A stretch of DNA of 64,000 bases from an uncultured Holophagales bacterium. GTDB lineage: Bacteria > Acidobacteriota > Thermoanaerobaculia > UBA5066. The position numbers and the translations under genes were made by a program. Position 1 is the first letter of the stretch. The number at the start of each line of letters is the position of its first letter. Below are positions 62,706 through 64,000 of this stretch, piece by piece. The DNA lies in assembly GCA_964561935.1 (NCBI GenBank), contig CAZLQX010000004.1, positions 157,414 to 221,413 on the forward strand, written 5' to 3'. The notes below the pieces were generated by a model, which was given only the letters and a program-made list of their open reading frames with translations, made no database searches and was not told where the DNA came from.

Positions 62706-63242
62706 CTAGCCGGCCTCGGAGGAGGGCGCGCGGAACGGCCGGCCGAGGAGAGCCGAGAGGGCGTCCGCGCTGGAGCGGAACGCGAGCTCGAGGCCGTCGA
62801 TCTCCTCGGGGGAGAACCAGCCGACCTCGAGCGTCTCGTCCGCCGCGTACGGCTCGGGGCTGCCGGGCCGGAGCGACGCGCGGTAGACGGCGACGACGAC
62901 GGGCCGCCCGGGATAGGAGTAGACGCCGACGAGGCCCTCGATCTCCGCCTCGACACCGCACTCCTCCCGCGTCTCGCGGAGGGCCGCGGCCTCGAGCGTC
63001 TCTCCGCGGTCGACGTGCCCGCCGGGAAACACCCACCGGCCGTAGCCCGGCTCGATCCCGCGTCTCACGAGGAGGACCTTCCCGCCGCGAACGACGAGGC
63101 ACCCGGCCGCGACCTTCGGGTCGAGCCAGTGGACCGTCCCGCAGGCCGTGCAGACGGGGACCCTTCGGCCGCCGGAGACGGCCACGGGCCTCTCCTCGAG
63201 GCGGGCGCCGCACTGAGAGCAGAAGAGGGGACGCGCCGACAC
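62706..63242 (-). CDS. NUDIX hydrolase with an N-terminal zinc ribbon (NudC-like arrangement).
   Basis: CSQCG...CTACG zinc ribbon. Nudix box GGHVDRGETLEAAALRETREECGV. GTG start 63242. The ORF track over-extends it upstream. Confidence 0.8.
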   Translation of the reverse strand: MSARPLFCSQCGARLEERPVAVSGGRRVPVCTACGTVHWLDPKVAAGCLVVRGGKVLLVRRGIEPGYGRWVFPGGHVDRGETLEAAALRETREECGVEAEIEGLVGVYSYPGRPVVVAVYRASLRPGSPEPYAADETLEVGWFSPEEIDGLELAFRSSADALSALLGRPFRAPSSEAG

Positions 63243-63413
63243 GGCCCGAGGGTACCGCGTCGGGCCGCGCGTCCCCGGCCGCGGAGGGGCGGGTCCGTGC
63301 GCCCCGTCACATCGCGGGGCGGCGGCGACCGCTCGCGAGGACGACGCGCCTTGACCTTCGTTCGGGGGGTGACGAGAATACGCGGCCCGAATGGCGTGCC
63401 CGGAGGACCGAGG

Positions 63414-64000
63414 ATGAGCAGGCACTGGACGCAGGACGAGATCCGCTGGCTGCGTGCCAACGTGGAACGGATGGACCTCCAGAGCGCCTCGCGGACGCTC
63501 GGAGTTCCTCTCGTCGAGCTCGAGCGGAAGGTCGCCGAGCTGAAAGCCGAGGACCTCGGCGCTGCGCGCAAGGCCCCCGCGACGCACCGGGAGGCCGCCC
63601 GCGAGCTCTCGCAGGCGCGCCGGCTCTTCGAGAAGGGGATCGAGCACCTCCACCGGAGGGAGATGGAGGCGGCGGCGGGCTGCTTCGCGGAGGTCGTCGA
63701 CCTCCACCCGGAGGAGCGGGAGCTCGTCGACCGCGCCCGGACCTTCCTCGCCGTCGCGCGGAACGGGAAGAGGGAGCGGGAGAAGCCGCTCCGCGACCCG
63801 GTCGAGATCTACCACGCGGCGGTCTTCGAGAAGAACCGGGGGAACTGCCTGAGGGCGATCGAGCTCGTCCAGGCGGTGAACGGCCAGGGCGACCCCGACG
63901 GCCGCCTCGCCTACCTCGCCGCCTGCTGCCTCGCGCTGAACGGCCGGGCGGCCGACGCGCTCGCGAGCCTCCGCGCCGCGATCGAGGCGTCGGACCACAA
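63414..64000 (+). CDS. TPR-like helical repeat protein. Partial: the 3' end lies beyond the window.
   Basis: GGAGG 7 nt upstream of ATG 63414. Translation MSRHWTQDEIRWLRANVERMDLQSASRTLGV... with helical repeat character. The frame is open to the window end. Confidence 0.55.
   Translation, partial: MSRHWTQDEIRWLRANVERMDLQSASRTLGVPLVELERKVAELKAEDLGAARKAPATHREAARELSQARRLFEKGIEHLHRREMEAAAGCFAEVVDLHPEERELVDRARTFLAVARNGKREREKPLRDPVEIYHAAVFEKNRGNCLRAIELVQAVNGQGDPDGRLAYLAACCLALNGRAADALASLRAAIEASDH

Overview
This 64 kb window is a very high-GC (about 72-73%) bacterial chromosomal segment, densely coded on both strands. I support about 56 protein-coding genes, one tRNA-Asn(GTT) and several GC-rich stem-loops. 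The ORF track is dominated by long spurious antisense and Arg/Pro/Gly-rich ORFs, as expected at this GC content. Real genes were chosen by protein-like translations, GC3 bias, recognisable motifs, signal peptides and tight operon spacing; many adjacent genes overlap by 4 nt (ATGA or GTGA). Recognisable content: aldo/keto reductase, a radical-SAM-like protein, a CBS-domain site-2 protease, a giant NHL-repeat secreted protein, family-4 UDG, a CaCA antiporter, a DUF5916/CBM9-like protein, ornithine aminotransferase, an MscS-cNMP channel, aldehyde dehydrogenase, an AidB-like acyl-CoA dehydrogenase, a 5-oxoprolinase operon pxpB-pxpC-MFS-pxpA, a PAS histidine kinase, a DUF1800-DUF1501-TPR operon, two paralogous SLH-domain surface proteins in a tandem-duplicated unit with an acyltransferase pseudogene relic, an acyltransferase-hydrolase-GT39 envelope operon, iscS-nifU, DUF1028, an AraC/GyrI regulator, gluQ, tyrA-like, tyrS, pilT, an FHA-Ser/Thr kinase pair, udk and a NUDIX hydrolase. 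No transposase, integrase, CRISPR array or rRNA was seen. The most unusual loci are the duplicated SLH/acyltransferase unit (37.6-41.4 kb), a tRNA-Asn-flanked islet carrying a codon-atypical Cys-rich secreted peptide and a 680-bp non-coding stretch (51.7-53.0 kb), a codon-atypical two-gene nucleotidyltransferase-like module (20.27-20.99 kb), and the 1852-aa NHL-repeat protein with Cys-bracketed internal repeats. Lineage cannot be fixed from sequence alone. The gene content (NHL repeats, DUF1501/DUF1800, SLH, PilT, FHA/STK) fits a high-GC Gram-negative soil bacterium such as an Acidobacteriota or Myxococcota-like organism.
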